DNA of 64,000 nucleotides from contig NMRA01000062.1 of assembly GCA_002633005.1 (NCBI GenBank), positions 605,981 to 669,980 on the forward strand. Reading direction: 5' to 3'. The notes under the pieces were generated by a model that had not been told where the DNA came from, did not search any database, and was given only the letters and a program-made list of their open reading frames with translations. The first letter of the stretch is position 1. Each line of letters starts with the position of its first letter. Shown here in pieces: positions 12,156 through 26,593 of this stretch. A program made the position numbers and the translations under genes. Source of the stretch: Phoronis australis. Taxonomy: Eukaryota; Animalia; Phoronida.

Positions 12156-12973
12156 GGGCTGTTCCAGCAAAATCTGTATGGGAGGGGGGGGGAAGGCACT
12201 TTTATTTCGTACCCACCGCCCATATTTTTCATTTATTTCTCCAACCCATGACCCATAATTTTTTAATTATTTTTAATAGGTTAAAATATAAAATCCAACA
12301 CTTGCAAACAAATTGCCTCCAGGAGGACCTGTTAAGAACTTAGATGACTGACAGACAAGAACTAGTTGTCTTGTCCAATATAGTCAAAAACTAAAGTAGC
12401 CTGTGAGCAATACTTTTGGCAGCCACCAGGTGTCTCTGTTCACCATGTGTCTATAATTTCAATGAACATTTTTTCATTTATAAGGATCTATGAATCTCAA
12501 ACTGTCTCCACGAACTCTTCTATACTTCTATGTCAAGTGAATATTGGAACTTGTTTATCTTACTCCTCATACTTTTTATTTAAAAATCATCAATTTTCTT
12601 ATATGTGTTAACACCAGTTCAGTGTTGCATAACTTTTCAATTCAATAGGACTGCAGACAAACAGTTGGCTCAAATCGAGTTGCCCATGACTTGATTAATG
12701 GCTTAGTGAACATATTGCACTCTGTTCACTGGCAATATGGGCTTTTTTGTATTTGGATAAGTTAGGACAATTGCATTTATTTTTGAGTTTTTAGGGCTGA
12801 AGTAACCAACCTATCGACATTAACAGGTTAAAAAATACCACCCATTTTTAATGCATCACTTCTTACAGGAACGACCACCCATAATTTGAGTTTTTTTCTG
12901 AAGACCACCACCCATGAATTTTTATTTCTACTGCCGTCCCCCCCCTCCCACACGGATTTTACTGGAACAGCCC
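12156..12973. mobile_element. PIF/Harbinger-type MITE (818 bp)
   Basis: TIR GGGCTGTTCCAG(C/T)AAAATC(T/C)GT(A/G)TGGGAGGGGGGG at both ends; 3-bp TAA duplication at 12153-12155 and 12974-12976. Confidence 0.85.
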
Positions 12974-13555
12974 TAACAGTTTATCTACTTTTGAAGTTTG
13001 CAATTTCTGCTTGACCAAAGGAGAGCCATGTAGGATTTAGTGATACTTAGTTATCACTGACTGATTCAACTGTAACATTTGTAACACCTAAGTCAAACAT
13101 CAAAGGACTCGTCAGAAATAGTAATTGTATTCAATATAATAGATTCGTTCAATCACAATTGACTTGGTTAAAGGTCTCACAAACTTGAAAAGCAACTGAT
13201 TTGTGCCTTACTTTGGGCTTGGAGGAGGTAACTAGCCCACAAAATGCCATAGAATAATGCAGACCCTTCTAAAACATGGGTGTTGTTCACATGCACTAGC
13301 TCTTTTGAAATTGACATGCGCGGTCAGTGAAAGCAGTTCTTTGTGAAAACTGCTCTTAGTCATACAAGTGTCCCAGTTGGACTGTGTAACTAAACGAAGC
13401 TTAGCAAATGATTTATGGTCCTGGCTGAGAAGAAAATAGTTTTATTACCACCTGTGAGTTCTGAATAGCCCAGCCCGGAATGCATTAGATTTACAAATTT
13501 ACTTTAACGTAACTTGATTTTCCAGTAACTGTTAAACACTTACCCAGCCACTTAC

Positions 13556-13619
13556 CAAGTTTATATTGAGGGTAATTGGAGACACCTTCCCAAGTGACAT
13601 CTGTTGGTGTTCCCAGTAC
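13556..13619 (-). CDS. CDK14: CDK14 exon (VLGTPTDVTWEGVSNYPQYKL); an alternative donor would extend it to 13544
   Basis: tatctgcag| ... CTTG|gtaagt; LGTP..TW.GV CDK motif; phase 0/1. Confidence 0.92.
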
Positions 13620-14514
13620 CTGCAGATAACATGAAGGGAAGATAACAAACGATGAAGCTCTCCAACAGTTCTAAGCAAGAATTTGGATTCGAACTCTGGC
13701 CTGGGCAGAGATCTATTCAGGCATAACTATAGGTCACATGATGTGACCAACATATGGCGTGTGTGAAGACTAATAATTTTAATTTTGCTTATATGATATC
13801 AACCTGCTGATTATCTCCCAACAGTTACTTTCTCACAAGCTCCAACTTCACCCAGGTTTCACAACTTGACATTTCGACTTCACCTTACAGGTTTTTGAAA
13901 ACACGCATGAGTACACAGTGACACCACCAATAGCCAGGTGCTCCACTTTCTCACAGCAGGTGTGGACTCATGAGCAAGATGCAAAAATAAAGGGCACTTC
14001 GGACTTTTCCATTATAGGAAACGACAGCGGCCGAATGTAAGAGTTTGTCTCCCCCTCTGAATAAATAGTGTACAAACATTATACCAGATTATATCTTACA
14101 AAACCAACCCTCCTGACAGCCATGCAAAATCAAAGTATAATAAGAAAGATAAAAGTTACCGTATCAAAGTGTTTATAAATAAAAAGGCAAGCTACCCCTA
14201 TTCACAGACTTTTCAAGAGCACTTGGACGTACCAGCTACCGACAATAGTACATGTCTGCAAAATGAGTCAGTTATGTTCGAGATTTCTCAAGTAAACAAA
14301 TTCAATCTGTACTGCAACTGGCTTTCGCTGCTCTTGATGAAAAATTATCAAGTAAAACGTCCAAAAATATAATTTTGAAACACAAGAGAGCAAAAGTACG
14401 AATCGAGGACATTTTAAGACCAATACACTATGTCACGCAAGTGTTTTTTAAGGTCTGTGGGAAGCACGGAGAGTTGAATTATGCGGCCCGACACCGAAAC
14501 TTCGGAGTTCCTAC

Positions 14515-14608
14515 CCGCCAGATCTTATCCAATTGATCCTCAGCATCCTTCAGTCCTGGAAAGGTCGCGACCCCTGATATCATCTCACAGAATATACATC
14601 CCACACCC
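14515..14608 (-). CDS. CDK14: CDK14 exon, subdomains IX-X (GVGCIFCEMISGVATFPGLKDAEDQLDKIWR)
   Basis: ctcttccag| ... CGG|gtagga; 94 nt, phase 2/0. Confidence 0.95.
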
Positions 14609-15613
14609 CTGGAAGAGACAGCAAAAGCAAACTGTACAAGTTAGGGTAAAGCGACAGTGCTAAACTCAAAACTTTAAAGTAGAACTGGAGCCACTGATGC
14701 TAGATGGTTGTTCAAGGAAAACGAGTCAACCATCCAAGCCCAAGACAATCTTACAACTAGGGAAACTTGTATGCGGCTGATGGAATATGAAGCGTATCAT
14801 AGGTGGGCCTGGCGCAAGGTGGGAAATCAGAAAATGTCCACGGCCATTTTTTAACTGTTTGAAAACGTTCGTTTTGGGCTTGTAGGGTGGTAATTAGTGG
14901 CTAAGAATTTTGCAGATGGTTGCAAATCATCCGCACTATTCACACACAATAGGCTCTTTGAAATTGAAAAGCAAGATCAATGAAATGAGAACCCTGCTCT
15001 TAGTCATACAACTGTCCCAGTTGGACTGTGTAACTATACACAACTTAACAAATGGTTTATAACCCTGGCTGAGAAGTTTGATTACCCCTACTGGTTTTGA
15101 ATAGCCGGAATGTCAATGTTAGCAGAGCGCTGTACCTTAACAAAATATGAGGAATACCAAAAGAGTGACACCAGCAACAATACACAGAAAATTAAGGCCT
15201 GTGTGACCAGTGTTTAACACTCATTGGAAGTTGGTGACTTTGACAAAAGATTTTCAGCCAAGAACAAGTGAGCTTTGGAAATTGAAGACTGAAGAAGACA
15301 TATATATTTAGAAACTAGATGTCTTCTATAACACGATTCCAACAAAATTACTATTCCATTCATGAAAACATTGTTACACCGAAACTTGTATTATTGATCA
15401 TCACAATACAAAAAACACACAGTGCAGAGTTACCAGCTTGGTTATTGCCCAGGTTATTTACAAGAAAGAGTCTTGTGCTGATGACACTTTTAGACTAATA
15501 TGCAGCGACCTCTAACTGATGCAATCATAACTAATGATGGTTTACAGTCTACACAACACAACGTAATAACTTCTAAATTATGCCAATTCTTCTATGCCAC
15601 CAAGGCAACCTAC

Positions 15614-15734
15614 CACATATCCAGTGAAGTATTGTAGTCTGTGCAGCCTAGGAGGACATCTGGTGGCCTGTACCAGAGTGTGACCACTTCGTGTGAATAT
15701 GTTTTACTTGGAATGGACTTGGCTCGGGCCAAAC
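15614..15734 (-). CDS. CDK14: CDK14 exon, activation segment ([41 protein letters not shown])
   Basis: ttttag| ... TG|gtaggt; 121 nt, phase 1/2; [24 protein letters not shown] is diagnostic of CDK14-18. Confidence 0.96.
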
Positions 15735-16716
15735 CTAAAACAGTGTTTAGAGCTCAGTTGACAGAAACAAAGATCGTTGAGTACAGAAAAATTATTGACA
15801 TCAAATCAAAGTTAAACAACAATTTAACAATTTAAAAACATGGTAGAGTGTATAGCTGAAACATATTTCGTAGAATGATTGACTTAGTCAGACATGTCAC
15901 TCATTATCTAGAGTACAATTTGATTGAAAACCCGACTGTGCTTCCTGTGGGACACTTGATGTACACTGACTCGCCCATACTATCTAAACAATTTCTGATC
16001 TTCCCGTGTGCAGTTGTAAAGCAAAATGCCAAAGGCCATTATAAACAAACAAGTTCAAATAGTAGCAATATTTTCAGAGTACGTGTCTCATTCTCAGGTG
16101 CTTGGTTACATGAATGCGATGGAAGTGAATTAAACAATGAAATGAACAGTGAAAGCAGGTAGAAGGACGTACACGTAGGGTATGTGACACATAACACACG
16201 GTAGGAAGCCCACAAGCCTAATGGAACAACCAGCGTGCAGTAAACACTTGTGAGCTTCTCATTCAGCAAAGGCTTTTCATGACTGATCAACAGAGAATCT
16301 TGAATCTTTAACTGAAATGGGTCATTTTCTGCACAACGAATAGTGGCACTATCAACTATTCATAGCATAGTTATTATCTGGCCACACCGTAAGATTGGAA
16401 ATTGTACAGAGAACGTGAACGAGTGTACGTGAAGCTGTCCAAAAACGTACAGTCATGTTTTCCATCAAGTTTATGATAAAGAAGGGCTGTTACCGAACTA
16501 TATTGAATACAGTAAAGAACTTTTTTGGAAATGGCAGGGTTTTGAACCATAAAGTCCGAACATAATGACCACTTTCCTTAAGCACTATTATGACGTTTAC
16601 TTTAATTCATTAACACAAAGTTCATTCCTAAAAACAGGGTTAATACAACATCTTGCTTACAGACCCCCCCCCCCCGTAAGGACGTGTATTATTTAGATCT
16701 ATCTTTCAGCTGATTA

Positions 16717-16893
<177 letters not shown>

Positions 16894-17947
16894 CTATAAT
16901 AAGAAAGATTAACAGATTTACAATACAATACGACGTAATATAATGAAAAACATTTCCGTTATTTAGTGACGATGTATGTTCCATAATTATGACGCCATTT
17001 TGGATCCACGAGTAGGAGTAGAAATGCACAGGCACAACACATATTCAAAAAAATTTGCAGGACGGGTGCAATTTCGCTCTTGAATTTTTTTCAAAATTAT
17101 GCATTTAAGATTAATCGCAGTGGTTCGACAACGGTTGCATTCATTGTAAGCACCTAGTGCGCTGAGAAGGATTAAGATTGACCAGGTCTGTAGCCAGGTA
17201 ATGATTGTCCAGGCCCTTAGTACATATAATACCCCTCCCTGGCATTAGAAACTGTTCGCAAAATACAATACCCCTCCCTGGCATTAGACGACAGCCAAAC
17301 ACAATCCCCCTTCCTGGAACTGTATCAGACTCTGCTTTGGGGTCACTTCTCACTGAGAATTCCCAAAAGGTGTGACACCCTTCAGTAGCCCCCTAAGCAC
17401 TGTATAAGTCTTTGATACATTGGTAAGCTTCAATAGGATTAACGAGCTAAACATGAAATAATAGAGTTGACGATAATTGAATTGATAACATTAACGAGAA
17501 GACTTAATTAATTAGGCGATGGCTGTGAAGAAAGAATAAGATGATTGACGCGAGGCAATTAAATTATTCTTGAACAAATGGATACCCATGAGATTCACAA
17601 AGCACAACTAGTCGTCTTCTAAAAAATCTTCGACCTCAAATGAAAGCTGCTGTCGGTCTAAAGCTAATATTAGTATACCGCTTGGTCTCCAACTGTTCTT
17701 GATACAGTTTAAAGTGGTTTCTGGGCTGGGGAAGACGAAACTCGATCGTTACTGCACTGGCCCAGGTCATCCTTGGTACACAAAATTACACGATGGGTCG
17801 ACTCAACATACAGAACCTGCCAGTTCTACCCAAGTGAGTACGGAAGAGTGTTAAAACAGTAATCTGTCTACTAGATCAAGCCAGTTTCTCGTCAAAACTC
17901 GGCAAAATTTCAAGGAGAAAAATTGTGACTGAATGAAATCTCCTAAC

Positions 17948-18010
17948 CTTTGCATTATGAGGATTCAGACCACCAGGGTGTTGCTCTAGGTAATGACTTA
18001 AGTCTGTGTG
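17948..18010 (-). CDS. CDK14: CDK14 exon (HTDLSHYLEQHPGGLNPHNAK)
   Basis: gttatttcag| ... AAG|gttagg; 63 nt, phase 0/0; the HPGGL motif is CDK14-like. Confidence 0.93.
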
Positions 18011-18648
18011 CTGAAATAACAGGAAAACATTGAATAAACACAGGATTCAATAAATGTTACGTCAAGACCACGATCACTGTTACTCACAGGAAGAGCTACC
18101 CTCTGCCACAGCGCCACCTCCTGACGAGAGTGGCCCTGTGACAGGATTGTGATCAACACACAGAAATCTGTGTGAGGGCATCGGTGGGCAAGCCTCAGAT
18201 TGGATGTTTGTCATTAACGTACAGATTAAGCATGACGTTGAAACGTAAGTTGTTTTATTTGACACCTTGTTATATCGAGGTTGTCGCAAAAACAACCCTG
18301 TGTGAAATGTGTTGATTTTAACAGTTCTTGACGGTAAACACTGACTCTGGCGTGTAAGGCCACATCTAAGTGATGACGGCTCTTAACTTCATAGGGGCTT
18401 ATCATGTTCACTAAGAATGATTTTCAAGGCTTGTTCACACATTGATCATATAACTTCATAATCAAGAGTTGTTTTTGAATCGTAGAGGCATATAAAAATC
18501 TTCTTGTTCATCTCACAAGAATCCTTTTAGCTGGTGTGCGGGCATCTTTACAAGCAAGAACTGCCGAAGGGTGAACTGTTTTATGAAATAATCATGCATT
18601 ATTGAAATACAGACTTTGGAACCATGAACTAAATCAAAACAAACTTAC

Positions 18649-18743
18649 CACATATTCAAAGACAAAGGTCAGCGTATCCTTTGTATGTATAATATCATGT
18701 AACGTAACAATGTTGGCGTGCTTTAAACCTTTCAGCAGGGACG
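18649..18743 (-). CDS. CDK14: CDK14 exon ([32 protein letters not shown])
   Basis: gttcacag| ... GTG|gtaagt; 95 nt, phase 1/0. Confidence 0.96.
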
Positions 18744-19159
18744 CTGTGAACAGAGAGTAGAACAAGCCACGTTTAATAGGCACGCATTTAAACATATCTC
18801 AATACTTTTCACAAGCAATGTACAGGATCAAGGATTGTGAAACATAACTTAGAAGAATGTCTTTATGCTAAAAGAAAAGACATCAATGTCCTTACTTTAC
18901 TCAAGCCTAGCTTTGCTATGGATGACAGTTTCACCACCTCAATAATGGAAATTGTGCTTGCTAAAAGAACATGGAAAGAATGGTAGGTTTTAGCAGATGT
19001 TTCCATAGTTCTGAAGCTTTGGTATAAATCGACCAGCTAAGAACGGACCAGTCTTCCAGAGCACCAGTGGTTACACGACTACTGGAAGGCTATAGAATCC
19101 CCTTAACAGGCAGAGACTCGGAGTACCTGAGCATTGATAGGCGACACTGTGATACTCAC

Positions 19160-19239
19160 CTTCACGTATTGCTGTGAATGGTGTTCCCTCCTCTTGCTGC
19201 AGTCGTATCTCCTTCAAAGCCACGATCATACCATTCAGG
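19160..19239 (-). CDS. CDK14: CDK14 exon with the PFTAIRE helix (NLNGMIVALKEIRLQQEEGTPFTAIRE)
   Basis: ttttttaag| ... GAAG|gtgagt; VALK catalytic lysine and PFTAIRE signature; phase 2/1. Confidence 0.96.
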
Positions 19240-21830
19240 CTTAAAAAATAACAAGGTGTTCTTAACCCAAGTATAAGCAGGTAGGTTCACGATGCAAACA
19301 TCAGTTAGAAATCAACATAAACCTAAAGGATATGGCAAAGTGAAAAAAACAAAACAAAACAAAAACAAAATTAAATCAGAGGGGTAGTGAAATATCTTAT
19401 TTTTGAGAATAAGCTAGATGTATCCAACGTGGGGTGGGGGAGGGAGGGTGGGGAGGGTGGGGGGGTGTCGCAAAACCCTTATGGTACACATGGTAAAGGG
19501 ACTGCTTTTCAGGCTGCAGAAGCATAGCACGCATCATGTGCTTTGGCTATCTTTTCAGCAGCTTTGGGACATGAGGGTTATCTTTTTACCATAGCCACAG
19601 CATAGGTTTTTCCAACGAAGCATTTCACGCGTTCAAGATCTCAAAACAACACAAAGGTAACTTCAGATCGCGCCATTATACACTTGCACTGTGGGCCATC
19701 CTTTCAGGTTTTTTACTTTAACTTGCAGTTTTTAAGATGCCCCAGACAATGTGACTGAAGGCTTTTTAAGGTCTATAAAACAGTTCCTAAATGAGCAATG
19801 AATTTGTTTTATTTTCACAAAGAGTCGATTTTAAGGTTATTTAGGACCCTAGAACAATTTAGAAACGCAGCGTTTCTGAGATTTCATCTTGAACATTTAT
19901 ATCAAACTCGACTTGGTTATGCAATTGATACATATTTTCTAGTATGAATGAACCTTTCTTTTTTGCTAAATATTACTGCAAAGGCATGGCCCAATTAATG
20001 GCAGATTGTTAAAAAGTTAAAAACCAAATTCTAAAAGCTTTTCTGCCCCCACAAATTATATACTTTCACAAAGTTAAAAATCTATAGGTTTGCAGATATT
20101 TGACAAAATGCCAGGATTTCTTGATAAGGTGCTATATAAATAACACTGTCACTCACTTTCAAAATCACGCAACAAATTTTTCGCAGAAATTCCTAGTGTT
20201 CTATTCACTTTTCCAACTCGTACGAGTGTGGCCTTTTTATTGACAGTTTCACCANCATAAAATGTCACATATGTACTTTTACTAACTTCAAAGCTCCAGA
20301 TTTCATAGACTAAAATATTTAACTGTCGTGCCGAGGAATATGCAAATCAATCACACGAAGTGACCACGCATAATGAACAAAATGAAAGCAACCAACAGGC
20401 AACCCGTCAGCTGCGGACCTTTTGACCAAGGTTCAGAGATTTCCAGGCATCATACGTAAATCTGTGGAAGTATCTGAACCTGTCTTCACAAGTTTCAAAC
20501 GCTATCCTGTAACCACACAAAAGCATGCATTTTGCTTTCTCGATCCTTTAGCAATTAGCTTGAAATCTAGTACCGAGATATTGGTCTGTGCCAGTATATT
20601 ATACATATGATCTCAGAATATTAGGCTGTATCGTTATGCACCCGAGCAGTGGAATGAGTATCTGGATTGACTGGTCATGAAGTAGGTATACAGTGATGTC
20701 ATTATCAGTTTGACAGTGGCAAACCAATGTTTACACAGTCCAACTCTGTTATTGTCTGTTTCATCTGATAAGGAAATGAATGCAATCAAGGAATTGTGTT
20801 GTAAACAGCACCCTGACCTTAATCGATTTCAAAAAATACTATTTGCCAACGACTTTCAACAAATGTCGTGAAGCAGAATTTCTGTATGAAACACTTTTAC
20901 CAAAAAACTTCGAATGGAGAAAAACAGTAGACTTCCAGAGAATTTAGACTTAACTTTCACCTATAGATTCCTTTGAGTAACTGTAAGCTAAGACCAGCTT
21001 AACCACAGAATCCTTTGAGAAGTTTAATTGAGCGCGATTCTAGATTAGATCCTGATAAATTAAAATTCTTGATTTTTACACTCCAGAATAGTAGGCAATG
21101 TACTGCAGTTCTAACAGTAACTGTTCCATAAATGTCACAGCAGCTCTTTGTTAATTGGGTCAATGAACTGCTGGTTAAGCTCCGCCCATCTTTGTAAGCC
21201 AGTATTAATTGTTCAGTTCTTTTGACAAGAAAATGACAAAAATTCGATTAATAACTGCCAGATAGATCGTAAACAAGCAAGGCATGGTTTCTTTAGTAAC
21301 AGGTCGTTCGATTTGCCGCTAAGAATGGTGGGTTTAATGAAAAAAAAATTGCTAAATTTGGCCAAACAATGCTGCCACATGATATTTGACTTCAAACCTG
21401 CTCACCTTCATTTATTTTATATCAGTCATCAATGCCGAGATCAACAATCACAGGGCAAAATTTTTGGTCTCCAGTTTATGGAGCGTTTAGAGAATTGTTG
21501 CTATCAAAACGCAGGGCAGTAAAGCTGCTAAAATTAAAATGAAGCCAAACATTTTATTTTTATTTTAGCTTGAATAACACACTGTTTTGAATATACTGTG
21601 ACAATTTATACTCACAAAAATGAAAAGGATAGTTTCCAGAGCACCTTTTTGAAAGTCATTTTTTGATGTTCAAAAGGTCCATCGAAAGTTTTAATTATCG
21701 CTCAAAACACTACTAAAATGGCCACCTAAGCGTATGTTAAATTCTCTTTTAAAGCAGGAAGAGAGGCCTACACAATACACAAAGCCAATCTTCAGGCCTT
21801 AAACATGATNGCTCCATAGTCTACACTTAC

Positions 21831-21922
21831 TTGCTAATACCCCGGTAGACGGTAGCATACGAACCCTCACCCAGTCTCTCAAGTTTCTGATAGGAGTCTG
21901 TCTTCCCGAATGGAGAACCCAG
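21831..21922 (-). CDS. CDK14: CDK14 exon, Gly-rich loop ([30 protein letters not shown])
   Basis: tttttttcag| ... AA|gtaagt; [19 protein letters not shown] motif; phase 0/2. Confidence 0.96.
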
Positions 21923-24168
21923 CTGAAAAAAAGGAAATCGTCTCCGATTACTTAATCAACATTAGGACCCAATATCTAGTCCTAAGCTTTAAACATGACC
22001 AGGACTGGGAAGTTAAAAAAGCAAGGACTTAGAAATTGCAGTACAAATGCACCTGTCATCTCTTCATACTACAGTATCCAGTACAACTGGTTACTATAGC
22101 AATGATTACCTTGTTCCTAAACTAATTACTTTAAATTAAACCTGTCCAATGGTTACAAAGTCAATATCAGCTTCACAGACATAGCACAGTTGCTCTCTTG
22201 ATGTACACTCCTTCAGTTTTAGTCAAGCAGACACTGTACAGACATTATTGTCTGCATGATAATCTTTAAGATTATGTTATAATTAATCAAATTAACATGG
22301 ATGCTCCAAGTCTTTTAATCACTATTACCACTTGCCACATTCATACATTGCATAAAATTTCTAAACATATGGCAGATCTGTCGGCCATATTGTATCAGCC
22401 TGTGTTGTCACACAGTATGTTTCGTGTCAGGCAGTGCAGATGTAAGTTCTATGTCAGCCAGTGCAGATATATGTTTTGTGTCAGCCAGTGCAGATAAATT
22501 GTGCTTCAACATACAGTAGTGAATAATCCGCCTTAAAAATTTATAGCAAAGCCTTCAGAGCAGAACATTTTTGCTGACAGCCAAGTTAAAGAGTTAAGCA
22601 CTACTGACTAAATATTCATTTAACATAAGCACAAGCTCAGCATGAAGGTAAATGCTCGTGCCAGTCTAAGTTATAATCACAGACAACAAGTAGCAGAAGT
22701 CAATAAGACAGGACTTGCCTTCCAACAGACCGCAGTCTCTCTCGTCATCTTAAGGCCTAGTGACACAGTGGCACTCTTTATTAGTTATTTTAAAGTGAAA
22801 CCAATCCCTGCCACTATGAAAACCTACATGTGTTTGCATCAGATAAGCGCTGAAACCATTTATGATTACAAGTTTGAACTGGATATGAAGTCTTCAAAAC
22901 TTTTTAAGAGACCTAATTTTAGACATGACCTGGTGAATGGCGTGGAGCCATAAGGTCGCATTAATTGGGTTATCAGTTAGATGGAGCCGCCCCAGAAACA
23001 TCCAAATCGCTTTTAAGCGAAAATTGATTTCAAATCGAACTCGCGTCTCATTGCGCCTCTTATCCCTTCCTATGTGTGTCCATTGAAATAAGTGGTCTGG
23101 CTACAACAGTGCTAGCAAAAACGCCAACACTTAAGGGGTAGCTCAGACAGCCAGCACAGAGCCGGCAGAAGTGGCACTTGCCACTGTTAACATTAGTGCT
23201 GCAGGCGAACAATAATATTACTCCATTTTAGCAAGCATGTCTGTAAGTATCACTTGACAATGCAGATTCTTTTTCTTGAGGAGAATTTTGTGCCCCAGGT
23301 CCACATTTTAAGATTATCACTTGGGTCAATGGTGGTCATAAATGGAGGGGTGCAACTGTCTTAATTGTTCCACACTACAAAGGTTCATTGAAGGCCCAAG
23401 GATCAAATCTCAGCTGCAAGCTGTAGCCACATGAACAGATAGACCAGCTGCATTCAGTCTGAAACACTGAGGTTTCATGACAAACCAACAATTGTCAGGA
23501 AACTGAATCATGTCTCTAATTACCATAAATAGGAAATCACTATGGTCTAGATTACTTCTTACTCACAAAGAATGGTAATTAAAGCTCTTAATTACATAGT
23601 CAGTCCCACAGTACAGAAGGTGAATGACAGCTCACTGTGTGTAGAATGGCTGGATTGTACCTAATCCCCAGACATAGTAATCCTGTGCTTTGGTTCATCC
23701 CCTCTGAGGAAAGACTACCTCCAAGATCCAGACAGTTTGTACTCATTGAGATTACTTTACCAAACATTCTTTTACCAAGTGAAATACACTGTACCAGAAT
23801 TACCACATTTAAATAGACAACTAGACACTTATCATGGACTAACACAATATAGACAACCAATCTGAAATGAATGGTTCTTAGTCTAGGTCCCAATGCTTTT
23901 ATAGACAGAACAGTACATTGCAAGGATAGGAGACAGGGTAGAGTCCCATAGATGCCAAACGTTCCACTTCGGTGAAAGCATACCGATCTTTGGACTTTTT
24001 TTGCCCATTCTACCAAATCGTCAGAATTTGTCCTGCGTTCTGACATGAGCAACGATATGTACACACTCGTGCTGCTGTGTGAATACTTGGCAGCATACTT
24101 TCATGCACATGCACACCACGTTCCATTCTATAATAGATAAGACTAAAGAAAGGAAAATGCCATCAGCA

Positions 24169-24660
24169 CAGGCCTTCATCCAGGATTTCGAAAGTAGGGT
24201 GTCCAAAATGAGGTTCCCAATATTCCAGGGCGTCCATAATTCCGACGCGTAACCCCCCATCCCCAGCAATCCCCCCAAACACACAGATTTTTTTTACAAA
24301 AAAATGCATAGACCAAGGTTTTTACATCTAAGTTTACAAAACAGCCTGCTGTAGTGAGCATTTTTAATAAAAAATTGGTGTAGACCAAGACTTTTACAAT
24401 GCTGTCAACCAAGTGTGAGCATAGCAACATTGTATATACTTTGTATATACATTGTACATTTCTTCCTGCTTTGAAAAAGAGCACAGACTGTGAGCCTTCA
24501 GAGGCTTCCTAGTAATCATTACAATGTGTGTGTCCAAACTTGAAAGGTTCCTATTGACAGTGGGCGTCCAAATGATACATTGGGCGTCCTTGCCAGGGTG
24601 TCCATATTAGTGCTGGGGCGTCCATTTGGACGCCCAGGACGTACGCTGCATGAAGGCCTG
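24169..24660. mobile_element. hAT MITE (492 bp) with perfect 8-bp TSD
   Basis: TIR CAGGCCTTCAT(C/G)CAG; catcagca duplicated at 24161-24168 and 24661-24668; subterminal ggcgtcca repeats. Confidence 0.9.
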
Positions 24661-26334
24661 CATCAGCATGACGTTTCTGGGCGTTGAGGAGTACATTACC
24701 CCTTGCAGTATCCAAGATCTTTTTCGTTTTGGAATGTTGGCAAGATAATTATACCACATGCTGTGCTTTCTGATTCCCCCCATTTTAAAACCCCGACAGA
24801 AGGGTAATCAGTTCTGGAACACAACCCGATGAAAGGATGACGTTTTCTTGGAAGACTCCAGATTGGCCTCCTTTTTCGAGTCCACCCTCTAAATGGGCAG
24901 GAATCCTAATTTTCAAGCAGCTCCCATCAAACATATAATGGAGCAGCCTCCTCTCCCCAAGGATTGTAGAACCAGGTGTGTCTCATCAACTGAGACCGAG
25001 TGGTGCATATGGAGTTTAGCAATAAACATGAAGTTAATTCAAGTTATTACTGATATTTTTAATACAATGTACAGCAGATTGGGGTGACTCAAGTACCAGA
25101 GTTGTTGTTTCGGGAACTTCCTTGAACAGAAGTCAGCGTAATTCAAATTACTACCAAAGCCAGCAACTGCATAACTATTACTAACTAATGCACATTTAAT
25201 TGCACCCATTTCACAAGCAATCAATGCATATTCTGTACTGCTTTAAAAAGCCAACGGAAGTAACTCACAAAAACGGAGGTTCATTCTAAGATCCATATGT
25301 CAAAGCTTAACAAAATGTCAAAGTAAACTTTCTTTCACAACTATAAGCAACAACAGAATTTACATCTAAGAGACACCTGGTGGCATCAACGAAAACAGCA
25401 GAGAGGCAGTACATAACATATGGAATGCGGATACAGCGCGCACGAAGAGGATGGGTGAAAATACACCCTAACTTCCATTTTGTCGAAAAGTGCAAGTAGT
25501 TATCAGATCTTCAATACAATTTTTAAATAATAACAAAATGGAAATCCCATTTAAACAGTCATATTGGGGTCATGCAGATATCCAGGACTTAAAAGAAATG
25601 CCAACAGAAAGAAAGAGGGCTTCAAAAAGTAAAAGGAGTCTTTAGTAACCCATTCACAAACAAGCAAAACGATGCTATTATTTTCGCTTACTTGCTCTTT
25701 TTTGCAAGTAACAAAAATGCCATTGAAGTGAAGAATTACAAGACATAGTGTCACTTTGCTGGAAGTTTGAGTTACACCAAAACTGTTAGCATTTTCGGTA
25801 GTACTTTCGCAAGTCAGATCAGTCACTTGAAAGCACACATAAGCGCAGGAGTTTACTGCTTGCATTAATCAATTCATGGAGGAGAGTGAAAGTCATTACG
25901 ACATCAAATTTCATTTTAATGGCGAGAAAACAAACTAACTGCTGGCAGAAATTACCTGTTCATGGGCAGTTCATGGGCAGCTCGCTTTTGAAACTGTTAG
26001 CATACCACTAAGTTCACGTCTGATGAATGAAGAATGTGCTACCAATTTTCAGTCACGAAAATGCCAGCATTTGCCAGATGGAGGTGAGGTACTTTTCTTT
26101 GCCAGCAGTGAGTTTGTTTCTTTACAAGGGGAATAGATAATGGCTTTAAAGCAAATATTGATGTCAAAGCCCTATTACATACTATACACTCATTCTGATT
26201 CATGATGCCAGTGATAAACAACTGCCTACCCTTGCCCATATGTGTCCTTTAAAGTAAGCTGCATGGCTTCAAAAATGGTAGCAAAAACACCAGTCGCTCT
26301 AGCACTAGCGAATTTACGGGGGGGGGGGGGGGGG

Positions 26335-26593
26335 NNNNNNNNNNNNNNNNNNNNNNNNNNNNNNNNNNNNNNNNNNNNNNNNNNNNNNNNNNNNNNNNNN
26401 NNNNNNNNNNNNNNNNNNNNNNNNNNNNNNNNNNNNNNNNNNNNNNNNNNNNNNNNNNNNNNNNNNNNNNNNNNNNNNNNNNNNNNNNNNNNNNNNNNNN
26501 NNNNNNNNNNNNNNNNNNNNNNNNNNNNNNNNNNNNNNNNNNNNNNNNNNNNNNNNNNNNNNNNNNNNNNNNNNNNNNNNNNNNNNNNNNNNN
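26335..26593. other. Assembly gap (259 N) inside a poly-G-rich small repeat (~26303-26735)
   Basis: N run flanked by G tracts; right end cctggatccgcc. Confidence 0.9.

Noticed and set aside
17228-17320. Three copies of ataccCCTCCCTGGCATTAG with short variable spacers
   Set aside because: Only three degenerate units in a eukaryotic intron; an ordinary tandem repeat, not CRISPR.
23600-24064. 154-aa ORF on -
   Set aside because: No recognisable motifs, and the flanking CDK14 exons already join in frame without it.
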